From: Rhynchobatus australiae
Lineage: Eukaryota
Reading direction: 5' to 3'
Assembly (NCBI GenBank): GCA_034780895.1
Contig: JAUZTB010000076.1
Location: 99,018,333-99,080,512 of the forward strand
Length of the DNA: 62,180 bases
Shown here: in pieces, positions 1-13,454 of the stretch
Layout of the letters: each line of letters begins with the position of its first letter
Numbering within the stretch: the stretch's first letter is position 1
Notes under the pieces: model-generated
The model's input: the letters and a program-made list of their open reading frames with translations, nothing else
What the model was told of the DNA's origin: nothing
Database searches by the model: none
Translations under genes and position numbers: made by a program

Positions 1-3000
1 AGGCGTCTTGTTTTTGAATCTAATGTTTGTCCTTCAGTGTATATCTCATAAATAATGAATGCTTGATTATGCAGTTTTTAATTGTTTAAATGTATTTTCA
101 AATGACATCAGTGAAATTTTAATCTAGTGAATCAATTTTAAGTTAATTTTCCTGTGTTGCATGAATGTACCATTTCTAGATGCTACATTAATTTACCACA
201 TTACCTTTGCAAAAATTATTAGAATATTTTAATACAACACATGGAACAATGCTGTAGGTGTAATTTTAACAAATAATGCTTTGAAGGAGAGTGGAGGAAA
301 GCCATTTACTTGACCAATCATCAAACCTGGCTTTTTGCATTTAAAAACAAATCTTCAGATTTCTGAACTAATTTATGCTGTTCTGCGTTAGTCCTCAGAA
401 ACTTATTGCAGTTATCTTTGATTTGTACAGAATTTATTTTCATGAATTTGTTAGCTTCTAATTTCATCTTTTTCAATTTTTTAACCACATTTTGATCATT
501 CCACATAGTGGAAAGGATTAAGTTTCAATCCTGCTGGCAATTAAAATGAAAATTATACCCATTAATTTGATAACTTCAGCATTGATGTTGCCTCTCCCAT
601 TCCATTTCTCAAAGAATTAATTTTAGGGCTTATTAAATTTCATAGATTACATCTGACTAAATATGAGGTATCATTCTTGCTCTGTCTGTAAACCTTGACA
701 AGATCACCATTTCATTGTTCAGTGCACTTGATGGGGCAGTCTCCTGCTTGTTTTCTTGGTTGTCCTTCTGTAGCAAGAGAATCTGCAGTTTTGATGTCTT
801 TTTTGCTTTCAAAGTCGCTTGTTATCCCAGAATAGAAATGCATTTGGGAAATCAGAATGTTGAATTCTTGAAGAGTAAATACCAATCAAAGGTAAAGATC
901 CTCAATTGGAAGATAGTTCATTTTCAGGGGCTTCAAGGAAGTTGACGTAGACTAAACTAAATCTTGTAGTAGGAGTGGAGGTGGGTCAGGAGGTGGTGGG
1001 AGTGGGGAGAGGGAAAAGAAAGGACATCCCAGGAAGACCCCCTTGGTTGACTAAAATTGAAGTGAATGTATGATGAATGTCAGGTTCCAGATAGTGTAAA
1101 GAATTGAGCAGGATGTGTAGTGCACAAATGATCCTAGAAAAAGTCAGTCTAGAGCAAAAAGCATTGAGATAATTAGTTGTAAAATAAAAGGGAAATAATA
1201 AATAAGCACATTCACCTTTCTAAAGAAAAATGAATCCTTGCAATAGGTATGAATGAGCACTTTTTCCAATAAAGGTAATTGGCAGTATCAAAGCAAAAGA
1301 TAGGGTATAGACATTGGATTAGATAAAAATTGAGGAACTTGAATTGGCAACGATCAGATTGCAAAAGTCAAGTGGTCCAGGTGGGCCTATTCTCTGTTGG
1401 TTGAGGATTGAATAAGTGCATGCTCCAGATATCTACTTGGGTATAGAACTGACAGTAAAGGATCACAGGTTTTTAATGGAATAAATAAATGTTTCCAGAT
1501 ACAGGAGTTAGTAATAGGACATGCATTTAAATGACTTGATTAAAAATACAGGAAGATTTTTTTTTACTAGCAAGGGGTATAATCATATTCAGTAGTAACT
1601 TTCAAAAAAACAATTGATTGTATACTTTAAGGAAAAGACTGTTTAGTTGGGAGAAAGAGGCTAGTTGTGGGACTAACATATGCTATGGTAGGCATAATCT
1701 TGCTGTTGGCCTTCAGTTTTACAACCCCTTAAATACTATTTATCCTCTTTCCATATGTCCATTATTTCTTTAAGGCAAATTTGNNNNNNNNNNNNNNNNN
1801 NNNNNNNNNNNNNNNNNNNNNNNNNNNNNNNNNNNNNNNNNNNNNNNNNNNNNNNNNNNNNNNNNNNNNNNNNNNNNNNNNNNNNNNNNNNNNNNNNNNN
1901 NNNNNNNNNNNNNNNNNNNNNNNNNNNNNNNNNNNNNNNNNNNNNNNNNNNNNNNNNNNNNNNNNNNNNNNNNNNNNNNNNNNNNNNNNNNNNNNNNNNN
2001 NNNNNNNNNNNNNNNNNNNNNNNNNNNNNNNNNNNNNNNNNNNNNNNNTAGTGGGAGAACTGTTGCATTTGAGTACCCACCTTGTTTGTTGGAAGAGTGA
2101 TTAAGCATTTAAAAGATAACATTTCTTTCAATTAGTCATGTGTTAATGTTGTGATGTAGATTTGAGCTGAAGTAATAGTATGCTTGTTAACCTGGACCTG
2201 GAATTCAGTACCTTAATATTCAAATCAATTCAATTCCACTTTAAACACTGGGATGTATTTGAGAAGATTGGTATCTACTAAATGGATAAGGGAATAAATG
2301 AATTGAAAAATGCTTTTAAATTTGGGTACTGGTGCTGGAAAATATATCAACTGTCCTCGATCATCATAGTGGACAAATGCAGATAATTATGGGTAAGGAT
2401 GTAAAGTAGGGGCTAAAAATCAAATTAGATACAACAGGGGTGAGGTTAGAAAATAGGCAGTCTCCATGTTACAGAGGGGTTGTGTTCCTGGACAATTGTC
2501 TATATCATGATTTTCTGTAACACTAACCCCCTTCCCACTGAATCCTATGTTATAAGGAGAACTGTGGTCCTATGGGATATTTTCTCATATTAAACCATTT
2601 CATGACACAATCATCCACCATTGTTAACAGCCAAGGCCAGCATTTGATTTGGGATGGCAAGGCTCATGCAAAAGAAACAACACAATTTGTCAAGTTTTAT
2701 TTTTAGTCGCTCAATATGGTGGGGTAATAAGATTTAGATGTGACATCACCGTGTCAATTATGTTGGCATTCACAGCCAAATCTCTCCTTTGTCACTCCCT
2801 CTCCAGTCCGAGGACATGTGAACAGATGTCTTAGTTGCACTCTTCATTTGAGGCATTTTCTCTCATGCGCAAGGCTTATTGATGAAGAAAGGGAATGAAG
2901 TTCGTGGGAGAAGGTTCGTGTTGGAAAAGTTTATGGGGGTAATAGGTTAAACTTCAGGTGACTTGGTGAAAGTGGAGTAATGTCAGAATGATTACACAAG

Positions 3001-6000
3001 GAGCTGGTCATGGCTACTGCAGCTCACCACAATGCAGCATATTGGAGGAAATGCCTGCAGATGAAGAGTGTGGTAATGCTCAGTTCTGACATGGCTGTTC
3101 ATGTGTCCTCTGATTGGAGAGGGTGTGGCAAAGGAGGGACTTGTCTTTGACTGCCATCCCAATTGATGCAGTGAAGTCAAATACAAATCTTGTTGTCCCA
3201 CAGTGGTGAGTGACTGAAAATAAAAATTGATAACTTGTTTGTCACTATTTATTATTTTCCTCTTCCATAAATTCCATAAGAGTTAATTTTATTTCATAGA
3301 TCATATTTTTGGATAGCGATTCGTGAGTTCTGTAAGGGCAAATTTGCATTACCCAAGGAGCTACATTATGGGGTTTGTCTATATTATAATGGAAACAAAT
3401 GCTGGAAATACTCTTGTGTCAGGTAGCAGCTGTTGAGAGAGAAATAGTTGTAATTTCTAGTTATCTTTTATCAGAATCCACAGTACTTTATTACGAAATA
3501 CATATTGTAAAGCAGAGTGAGAAATGGACAGGAAAAGCTGTAACAGTAAATTTGGTCTTGTTTGAAAAGAAGATCCAAGGTATGAACAGCAGAAGAATGT
3601 AAACATTGGGATATATTTAGGAGGATTTATTTGAACAAAGAGCAGAACTGAGGTGGGGTGGCAACATTGGTTAGAAGGAATATATCAGCTGGAGACAGTT
3701 TATGTAGACAACCAATACGGCTGGACTTAGAGATTTCTCTTTTTTTAAAAAGAAAGACTCTACTTTTATGCATTACAGATCCTAGCTTGAGGGAGGAAAT
3801 CTGCAATCAGATAACAGATGACTAAGAATAACGAATTGCACCATGAGATTTAATCATCCTATATAAATATAGTGATTAGGATATGTGTGTAAATACTAAA
3901 TAATTAAATTTCCAGGCTAACAAATGCAGAGGCAAAATTATATGTGGTTTTTATGGAAAGCTATTTAATAGCTTAAAATTGGGATTTGACTCTGGTGTAA
4001 GGTGAAGTATAGCAAAATGCAATTTAAAAATCTTTTATTAGGATTTGTGGTGAGAAGTGGTGTGTAATGTCCTTCATTCAATTCTGATGCCATTTTGGTT
4101 TCTGGGTATCTCAGTGATTTGGTCAAGAGCAGTGACTTTGAACTTTGTTTAAAATGGAGTAATGCTAAACAATGGAAGTTTTAGATGATTCCCAAAATGA
4201 TGCAGATGTACATGATGTGTATATATTATAATATGTCACATTGGGTGTGAATAAGGCTGGGAACAATGGGCCAAGAGGAAGGAGTTGAAATTTGGAGATC
4301 ATCCCAAATCAGAGGTTTAGTAAACTCTAAGAGCATCAAAGAAAATAGCAAGTAGGTATCATAAAATTTAGAAACTGAATTAAAATATGACATGGATTTC
4401 AGTATCACTAGTTGAGATTGCTTTTCAAAAACTATTTATACTTAATGAAAGTAAGCTTGACCTGCAACTAGAGGGACTTGAAAGAACACATACAGGCTGA
4501 GACTGACTTAAAACTCATTGAACAAATTAAAAGTTTACCCCAGATTTTAACTTTTAAAGTTGATGGACCCCAAAAGAAATAGNNNNNNNNNNNNNNNNNN
4601 NNNNNNNNNNNNCCTTTTGACTTCTGCTCTCATTCATCCAAACTTAAGTATCAGCCCAGTCTGTTTGTTGTTCCTTCATGACAATCCACAATCCCATGAA
4701 TGAATCAGATGAACCTTTGCAGCTCTCCCAATATTGCAAATGTTTTGCTAATTAAGAAAGGATGATTGTACAGAATATTCCAGATGTGGTTTCACCAGGG
4801 AGCAAGATGGCTCTGTTGATATGCAGGTTCTTTTACAATAGTCCACCATACAGTTTGCCTTCTAATTGCATGCTGCATTTGCATTAACTTGTGTACAGGC
4901 ACTTCTGAACATTTAATAGCTTTTAGTCTGTCACTATTTAGTAAATGCTCTGCCTTTCTATTATTTCTATCAAATTGGAGGATCTGAATTTTTTTTCTCT
5001 ATTATATTTCATCTGTCATTTCCTTGCTCATTTCTTTAAACTGAAGGCCCCCACCCAATATCCTCATTGTAGCTCATATTGCAACTGTCTTTGTATNNNN
5101 NNNNNNTAGAGAATGTGGGTGAGGGAATCAACCGGAGTATATTCAAATCATTAATATAGATTGAATAGCTGGATCTTTGTCAAACCCAATTGGTCACAAT
5201 CTGAAAATTACTCATTTGTCTTTCCTGTTTTCTGACAGTTGTGTAATTTTCAAGCCATTAATACCCTTAATACCACATGCAATAATTTTAATTTCTTGTA
5301 CCTTTTTTGGAAGATTGAAGATGAAAGACCATTATTGNNNNNNNNNNNNATAAACAATTTTCTTACTTTTTCAATTATTTATTGAATTGTGACACAAGTC
5401 TGAATATCCGTTAAGCATTTTATTTTCTGCAAACTTGTCTAATGGCTGTTCAAATATAGTGTAGATTTTGCTGTCAATCCTAAAAAGTGATCAGAACATG
5501 AAGAGGCCAAAATATAATTTCGTTAAAGGACACCTGCAGTAAAGGTAGTCCTATATTTTTTAAAAAATCCTCAGATACTGCACTAGATATATAGAAGATA
5601 GGACATGTAAAACCATGAGGCACATAGTGAAGGGATAACAAAATGGAGGTAAATGGTAGGTATTTAAAAATGGGTCAGATAAAGTGCATTCCACAACGTT
5701 CATAATGGTTTGTACTTACAAGAAGGGTAACTTTGTACAGTCAAACCTCACATTACATCTGTTTAGATTATAAAAATTGGCCCTTATGGAATTCACATAT
5801 CACCATCCAAAAATATGGGATGCGGAATTTAAAAAAAAGAGACACAGAATTTGTGGGGAGTGGAGGGGGTGGAATTAAACACAATGTGAAAAAACAAATT
5901 TTGTCTATTTTTATTTTTTTCAACTCTCATTTCTTGACACGTGTAGATAATATGACGGGTAATTTTATAGCATGGTAGGTTAATTTTGCCATCAAGTACT

Positions 6001-8649
6001 TTCTTCCCACCCCCCATGTCACGGAGTTTCCGTATTATTTATCCACAAGATGTCTGAAACAGAGTGCAAGGTGAAAACCTAAATGATGTAAAACTTGATA
6101 TTTTGCAAAGGTTTGATGCTGAAGAAAACTTATTTATTGTGAGTTATATCATTAATATCATCTTCTATTTGGTATGCGATTAAAAGTATATGTCTCCATT
6201 CAAACTGAAGGCTGGAAGGTAATAAGTGGGGACACAAGAGGTTGCTACTTAACCTCCACCCTGCCCACCCACCTGGCTCCATCTGTCCTTTTGTTTTCCT
6301 TTTTGAGCTTTGTACTCCTGGTTTAGCTAGACTGCAGTATTTCTTTTCATAATTGGTTTATCAGGAACCCATATCCCTTTGACTTTATAACCCCTCCCCC
6401 TCCTTATCTATCACTATCATCTCCCAGCCTTCAGTATGTTTATTGCTCGAGATTATAGCATCTATAGTAGTTTGTCTGCAAATGCAGCTGCTGGCCATTT
6501 CAGAGATTTGCTTAGGAAACTGATGACAATCTCCTAGGTGACCACCCGCCGTTAACTAGCAGCTGCAGCACTATCATCACTGTTGAGAGAAAAATTTTTT
6601 TGTAGGAGTACATCTCCACTTATAACATGGGATTCAATGGGAAATAGAGTTCTGCTTTGCAGAAAATTGTGATAGAGATGGCTTTTTAGGAACGCAGCCC
6701 CTCCAATGATATGGGGATCACCTGTGCTACAATTTGAAGATGTTACCGAATCAAAGGGTACAGCTAACATGGGGGAAAATGTAACAATACATGAACAAGT
6801 CAGAAAAGTGGCAGACTAGGCAGTGGTAAATGGTCTTCAGGTAACTGAGCTGATTCACAATGTAGAAATATCATTGACACTTTAGCGAAAAAGGGATAGG
6901 GGTCTCTGGTAAAGCAATTATGAAAAGTAATATTGCAGACCAGCCAATCAATTATAAATGCTTCTGAGCTCTGATTTATTTCCAGGAGTACAAAGCTCAA
7001 ATGTTAATGGTAAACTTGTATACGGCTGGTCTGGCAGCATTTGAGTACTCAGCACAGTTTAGGTCTTAATTGTATTAAAAAGGCAGAAGCTCTAATCAAA
7101 TGGCAGAAAATTTGAGGATGTACAAAAACTGAGCAATTTTTCACTACCGAGCAAACTTTGAGGATATATAACAGGGATGTAAAAAATTATGAAATGGGTT
7201 GTATAGAATTTTTCTTCTTATGGCCCATAGGATTAGGTTCACCCAGAAAAAACAAGATAGTACCAATATAATTTGGTGATTGGAAGATGAAACCGGACCA
7301 TTCTGAGAAACTGATTCTCTCGGCCTGGATATTCCCAAAATTTGACTAGATGTGAACATCAGGAAAAAGGAATGGTGGCAACTGGTGTGGAGCATAAATA
7401 CCAGCAAACATTAGTTGAGCTGATTGGTCAATTTCTTTGGTGATTTTGAAAGTACTTTTTGGAGACTTAAATATTACACAAGTATGAACTTCATTGGAAC
7501 TGAGATGTGGAAGTGTTTCAGGCATGATTTGTTTCTTTTGGATTAATTGAATTTTTTTTTCAAAGATGTCATGCATTATTTTTACATTGTTTAAAATCTG
7601 TATGAGAGGAAATTTGGTTGCTCACAATTTTAATGTTGCAAAGATTTACCGTGGATCATAGTTAAGAGTTAACTTGTTTGATTTCGAGAATCTAAATATT
7701 GTGTTTCAGACTTTTTAATTTTAAAGATCTCCAATTCCAGTTTTTTAATTGATAACTGCAGCTGTGGTTTGAATTGCTTTTGTGATTAGATGGTGTGCTG
7801 GAGGAGCAACTGGCAGTTTAAAACTTGTCCTTTTCATTTGAGCTTCTATTTGACTGCCTGTGACTTTTTTCCCCTTTCTCAAGTTGTCCCAACAATGATT
7901 TTTGTAAATGACTTATTAATTGGAGTTTTCTCAACACAGTATTTCTGATACAGCATTATATCATTTTGAATTGAATAGCTGCTTTTTTTGTGTTGAATTC
8001 TGTTTGGTGGTTGTCATTCATTTAATTTTTATTTTTGAAGTTGTTTATGATGCAACATNNNNNNNNNNNNNNNNNNNNNNNNNNNNNNNNNNNNNNNNNN
8101 NNNNNNNNNNNNNNNNNNNNNNNNNNNNNNNNNNNNNNNNNNNNNNNNNNNNNNNNNNTTATTTTTGAAGTTGTTTATGCTGCAACATTTATTGAACATT
8201 TATTCAAGCTTGGTAATGCTGATAGGGTCCAGCAAAGGCATTATCAAAGAATGTGGATCTTGTTCTTGAGAAAAATCTTTTAAATGGTTTGGTATGTATT
8301 TTCAGTTGTACAGTTGAATGGAATTTAGGTGAAATTTAAAATGGAAGCTGACCCTTTTGCTTGAATGTATGAATAAAGTAACCCTGAAGTATTATCACAG
8401 AAATGTATGATTTTGAATTTTCTGTAATGATACTTCAATCAACTGTTTTTTAAAAAAAATCTACAGATTTTCTCAAAAACATTTGGTTCTTTTGTAATTT
8501 GTGATGGAAGAAGGCTGATATAAATGTTCTACTGTGGTTGCTGGCAAGTCTTTATTTTTTTAAAACATCAACAAGTATTAATGGGAGCAATTGATTTGTG
8601 GAGGCGATTCTAAATGGTTTAAAATTTATAGATTATTTTTCTTGTTAGA

Positions 8650-8830
8650 TTTCAGCTGGCTTTGAACAGTTGTCATTGGGTTAGAGTTGCGCAGTTGGAT
8701 ACTGCATACAAACTGAAGCTGCTATTTGTGCAGTGACACAGCATACAGCTACGTATATATGTTAACCTCTAAGTGACCTAGCAGGAAGTAGAAGGGTGTA
8801 AGCAGCTGTACAGGAGCTCGGTGCATGTGA
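8650..8830 (+). promoter_or_regulatory. Putative internal promoter of the RTN4 short isoform
   Basis: E-boxes CAGCTG 8653, CAGTTG 8667, CAGTTG 8692, CAGCTG 8803; TATA-like TATATATG 8754-8761 about 85 nt upstream of the ATG. Confidence 0.55.
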
Positions 8831-8841
8831 GCAGCCTCAAG

Positions 8842-8857
8842 ATGGATGCCAAAATGG
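8842..8857 (+). CDS. RTN4: RTN4 short-isoform (Nogo-C / fish RTN4-n-like) first coding exon, MDAKM + G
   Basis: caagATGG strong Kozak; ATG GAT GCC AAA ATG G then donor gtttgt (8858). Phase 1 joins acceptor 15540 to give [14 protein letters not shown]. Resembles the short MDxK- N-terminus recalled for fish RTN4-n. Confidence 0.8.
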
Positions 8858-9180
8858 GTTTGTCTTTTTAATTAATTTCAGATTGAGTTTAAAATCTTGC
8901 TCTTGTTTGATTCTCGGTAATATGTCTCATCCCAGTTTGGTTTTGGTGTTTAAAAATGGCTGTCTTAATTGAAGATCATTGCTTTAGACAGAAGATATGC
9001 TGAGATCAGATTGTAAATACAGAAAGGTTCATGTAAAAGGAAATTAGTGCTTTACCCTACAGGGGAACTGCAGCATTAGGCATGCTTTATTTGTTAAAAA
9101 TGGCAGTGAAGTTTGAGATTGGTTAAAAGAGAGCTGGTAATTGGATGAGATCAGCATGCTCATTGCAGCTTGTATTGATG

Positions 9181-9202
9181 CTATTTTTAGGTGGAGCAGA
9201 TG
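9181..9202. promoter_or_regulatory. MEF2 site plus adjacent E-box (candidate muscle enhancer)
   Basis: CTATTTTTAG (reverse complement CTAAAAATAG, perfect CTA(A/T)4TAG) at 9181-9190; CAGATG at 9197-9202. Confidence 0.45.
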
Positions 9203-12200
9203 CCAGCAAAATGCATACCAAATACTGCCTGCAGTATTTTGTATGGTATCGGGTCATGATTTGCACTGTTTTGAACTGATTTTATTTGCAAAATTATCAA
9301 ATTTTATTTTGTATTGTGATTAAGTTACTGACAATGAAGTGATGAAAATGAGTCATTTGGCAATATGATAAGATCTTAATCTGCTTCTGAGCAGAACTAA
9401 AATTGCATATCAGTTGAAGGGGTTTCTTTTGCCTTTGGCCCAAAACTCAGCCATTCTAACGTGTGGGATTAATGTTTGTAGCTTTATTTGCAAGTAGAAA
9501 ACACAAAGATCTAGTTAATAACTGGTTTAATTATTGTCGTAAAGCTGTCTTTTAAAAGGTTGTTATCAGCTGGAGATTTCCCAAAAATGTCTGCTTGCAG
9601 ATCTTGTATAAATAACCATATTTTCTACATTTAAAAACTTAATATTTAATCTTTGAGAAATTCTTGTAATAATGTCATTCGGAGCAAGAAATGAAAAGCT
9701 CTGGTTAACATTGTAGAATCTGATCTTTTGATAAAATGAATAGAGACCAACAACTGGTCTTTTCATTTGAACAGTAACTGGAGCATTAAACAACTAATCA
9801 AGTGCAAGTAACAACATCATTTAAAGGAAAGAAACTAATAATTGAAAATCTGCAGTCTGTTTTGGTGAATGCTAATAGGTTAGAGGGCAAATACATTGGT
9901 GTGTGCAAGCTAGGAAGATCCCCCAGAGTAAGGTTTTACTGAGCGAGTTGATCTCTGAGATGGGAGTTTTATAACTGGCCTCTGCTTCTGAGCTGAAAAG
10001 GAATAATATTTAAGGTTTCAGTCGTCCAATGCTAAAGGCATTGTCTTGATGTGACATTTTATTTTGTAACACCCTGCAGTTAATTGTTGAGCCTTGCCAT
10101 ACAGATTCTCACATAACTCATTAACAAAAGTAATGCTGAGAATGGTTTGATTTCCTGGCTGCAAGTATACAGCCATTTTTAGGAAGTCATTTCAATTGTG
10201 CAATGTTATATAATGGCAATCTTAATGGATAGTACTGGTCAGACTTCCACACGTGTTAAAACAAGTAGTATAAACTGCCCACTAGGTATGTTAAAGGTTC
10301 AATGTGCTCAAGATTTTCTGATTTTTCTCCAGACACTAGTTAAGCATTCATAGCTATTAGCATAATTTGGCTTCAACAGCTATGTTTTGCTTTCTGTAGT
10401 TATATTGTATATAATGGCCCTGGTATTATTAGATTTTGTGGAAGGTTTAGTCTTTATGCTGTGAAATTGGAAACCTACAGTATGGCAAAATTAGAAAGTA
10501 ATTTATAACGTATTTAAGTATCACATAGAAGTCTTCAGCATTCTAATTAGTTTAAAATTTATTGCTAATTTACTGAACATTCCATATTGGGCAAAGAACT
10601 TGTGGGATTGAATCTACTATGGGCTCCCCTGATTATGAATGACTTAGGAAATTTTATGCAAATTCTTCCATACATGTTTTAATGCATTTTTTCAAGCTAG
10701 TAATAATGTTTCATGGTATTAATGGCTGCTTTACAGGTATGTATTCCATTAGTTTGATTATGGGTAGTGTAAGGGTGAATATTGAATCAAACGAAAGGCA
10801 AAACACAGGGTAGTTTTAAGAAAATGGGAATTTCTGGCTTGTAGAGAAATCAGCTTACAGGCATTTCTCAGGAATGGAACCCTTGCATAACATGGGGACT
10901 GCCTGTTTCTCTCAGACACGACGTTATACAGATGTAGTTGAGGTATAGCTTAAATTTTTTATTAAACCAAAAAATTAAAGACTCCAATTTGCACTTTGTT
11001 ACATTAGTTCATCAACTGATAACCTAAAGCTTTTTTTTTGAACACTTCGGCAAAATATTTCTAACTGCAGTTACTGTGTCAGTCATGGAATAATTTAAAA
11101 TTCCTGGATATTTCCAAGCCAGCAGGATATTCCTATCCAATGATGAAATACTTTGCTCATACTTGGGTTTATTTTGGCTTTGTTTCATGTGAATCTTTTG
11201 TAATGGCACATTGGCTATTTTGAAGGTCTTCAGTGTGACATTAGCCTGTTTAAAATTAGATCATTATTAATGTGGCAGGAATATGTAATATACTTTCATA
11301 TTTGGAAACTTTTTTTCCTGAGTTTGAGGCAGAGGATCTTTAGCATTTAAAATTATGTGCTGTAATCCTGTGTAGCAACTAATATCTGCTGGAATAACTT
11401 GCATTTCTTAAAGCAAGACATTCCAGATATGTTAGTTGATGTTGCAGTATCTTTTGTTATGGATAAGACGTGTATTGGAAACTTAAATGGGATATAGAAT
11501 AGGATAAGAAAATACAAAGAAGTGCAATGGGGCAGTGTATTTTATGAAAATTATGGAAATTTCTATAATTTGAATCAGGTGTTTGGACAGAAACTTTATT
11601 TGTAATAATGTGATTGGAAGCTAACTAAATGTGGGATTTAATTTCATTTATGGCTTTATGGATGCAACTGCTTGGCAATGATATCATGCTTGTAAGAGAA
11701 GTAGATTAATTGATGACGTGGATGTACATAATGAACTTCTGTACACTGAATTTTGCATTTGGATGTATCAGTTTTTCAACTGATGAAAAGCAAATCCTTG
11801 TATTATTAGTAAATCCATTATTAATTGAAAACATGAAACAACTTCTTTGCTCAATCTTATTCAAAAACAACTATTTCTTAATGGAACACTTATTAACATT
11901 TGTCAGAGTCTGCCAACTGAACTTTGGAAAGTATACACAACTGTGACCTGTAGTTCCACGTTTTTCATTGCTCGAGGATGGCACATTTACAGCCCTGTGA
12001 TTGGCCTTGACCCACTTGCTTCTGGGGAAATAAAACATTGGACAGATGTACAAAATCTGGTGTTCAGATTTTCCTCTTTACATCACATTACAGAATCGAT
12101 AAAGGCAGAGGAAGGTCCTGTTTAATTCTGTATCTGCCACCCTGAAACGTAGAGTTCGAGATCAGCCATTCTCTCCACTTAAGTTTTATCAAAATGGTTT

Positions 12201-12289
12201 AGACTTGAGCCTCAACATTGCTAATAAGCCTCCCCACTACACCACTTTCCATAATAGCTTTGAACCTAGAATGTAAGCTTTCATTTGTC

Positions 12290-12620
12290 AATCAAAAGAC
12301 TTGCACCTTTTTAACCCTTTTTATGTAACATTTCAATTTTTTAAATTCATTGAAGTACTTTGAAGTATATTTGAATTTAATCTATGAAATATGGTCGACA
12401 ATTGGCTCACAGCAAGCTTCCATAAACAGTAGCCAATAACTATCAGATGATCCACTTCTGTAATGCTGGTTGAGGAAGTATCTGCCAGGATGTCAGTAAT
12501 CGTCCACCTCTTGTCATGGCTATTTTGAATTCATTTGGATCAATGGACTCTTTAACATCTGAAAGGTGGTGTTCAAAAACTTGACCATGATAAGCATTCT
12601 CATTGGATGGAGTTGTTCTG
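12290..12620 (-). mobile_element. Decayed Deu-domain SINE (SacSINE1/AmnSINE-like)
   Basis: Motifs 'cacagcaagcttccataaacagtagc...gctggttgaggaag...ccaggatg...tttaacatctgaaag' resemble the reverse complement of the Deu core as recalled. Confidence 0.55.
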
Positions 12621-12629
12621 GTCCTCGTT

Positions 12630-13210
12630 TTCCACCCCACAAACCTCCACGTTCAATGAATCGTCTTTTGCAACTTCTGTCTGCTGCAACAAGATTCCAT
12701 CACCAAGCGCGTTCCCCCTCTCCTCCCTTTTCAGCATTTTGAAGAGATTATTCACTTTGAGACTCCCTGGTCCACCCTTCCCTTCCATCCACATCCACTT
12801 CCATTGTATGGCGCTTTCCCCAGGCAACCACAAAGGGTGCATTATCTGTCCTTAATGCCTCTTCCCTTCCCACCATCCAGGAACCCAATCAGTCTTGCTA
12901 AGTGAGGTAGCAATTCACTGCACTTCCAGCTTGGTGCACTGCATTCGGTGTTCCCCCTGTGGCCTCCTCTACATTAGAGAAACTGAACACTGGGTGATCA
13001 CTCGATGAAGGGCCGGTGCTTGGTCTGCAGGAATGACCCTGAGCTTCCAGTTGCCTGGAATTTCAATTTGCCATCCTACTCCTACTCTGACCCCTGTCAT
13101 CCTGCACTCAGAAGTCCAACGTATGCCCAGATGAAAAATGAGATGTTATTCCTTGAGCTTGTTACAGCCTGAGGACTCTATACTGAATTCTCCAACTTCA
13201 GGTAACACTT
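12630..13210 (+). mobile_element. Penelope-like retroelement fragment (GIY-YIG endonuclease region), degenerate
   Basis: 12931 onward reads LVHCIRCSPCGLLYIRETE (GIY-YIG motif of the type VYCIRCxxCGLLYIGET); upstream remnants of the Cys-containing linker; frameshifts and stops. Confidence 0.8.
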
Positions 13211-13454
13211 GCTCTTTTGTTTGTATCAGAACTAGACTCTGCTTGCCATTCCTTTCTCTGTTCTTTCATTTTGTGTATTCTGGCCTGCCAGCATGTTCTA
13301 ATATGCCAGACGACGCAATGGCATCCACCCTTCAAACATGAGCAATACATTAATGGACTGTCGAGCTCCTTTGTCTATATAATGCCTACATCATTTTGCC
13401 CCATTGCTGTCTCCCATCTCTGGCTAATCAACTGAATGGATATCATTGAGAAAG

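Noticed and set aside
8029-8188. 30-nt direct repeat flanking a 100-N gap
   Set aside because: Same pattern as at other fixed-size gaps; most likely unmerged overlapping contig ends, not a target-site duplication.
1-8600. Search for Nogo-A/B-specific upstream RTN4 exons
   Set aside because: No long acidic or proline-rich exon seen; region is decayed LINE and intron sequence. Those exons probably lie upstream of the window.
12020-12060. GEIKHWTDV resembling the mammalian Nogo-C leader
   Set aside because: No suitable ATG or phase-1 donor; similarity is only a few residues.
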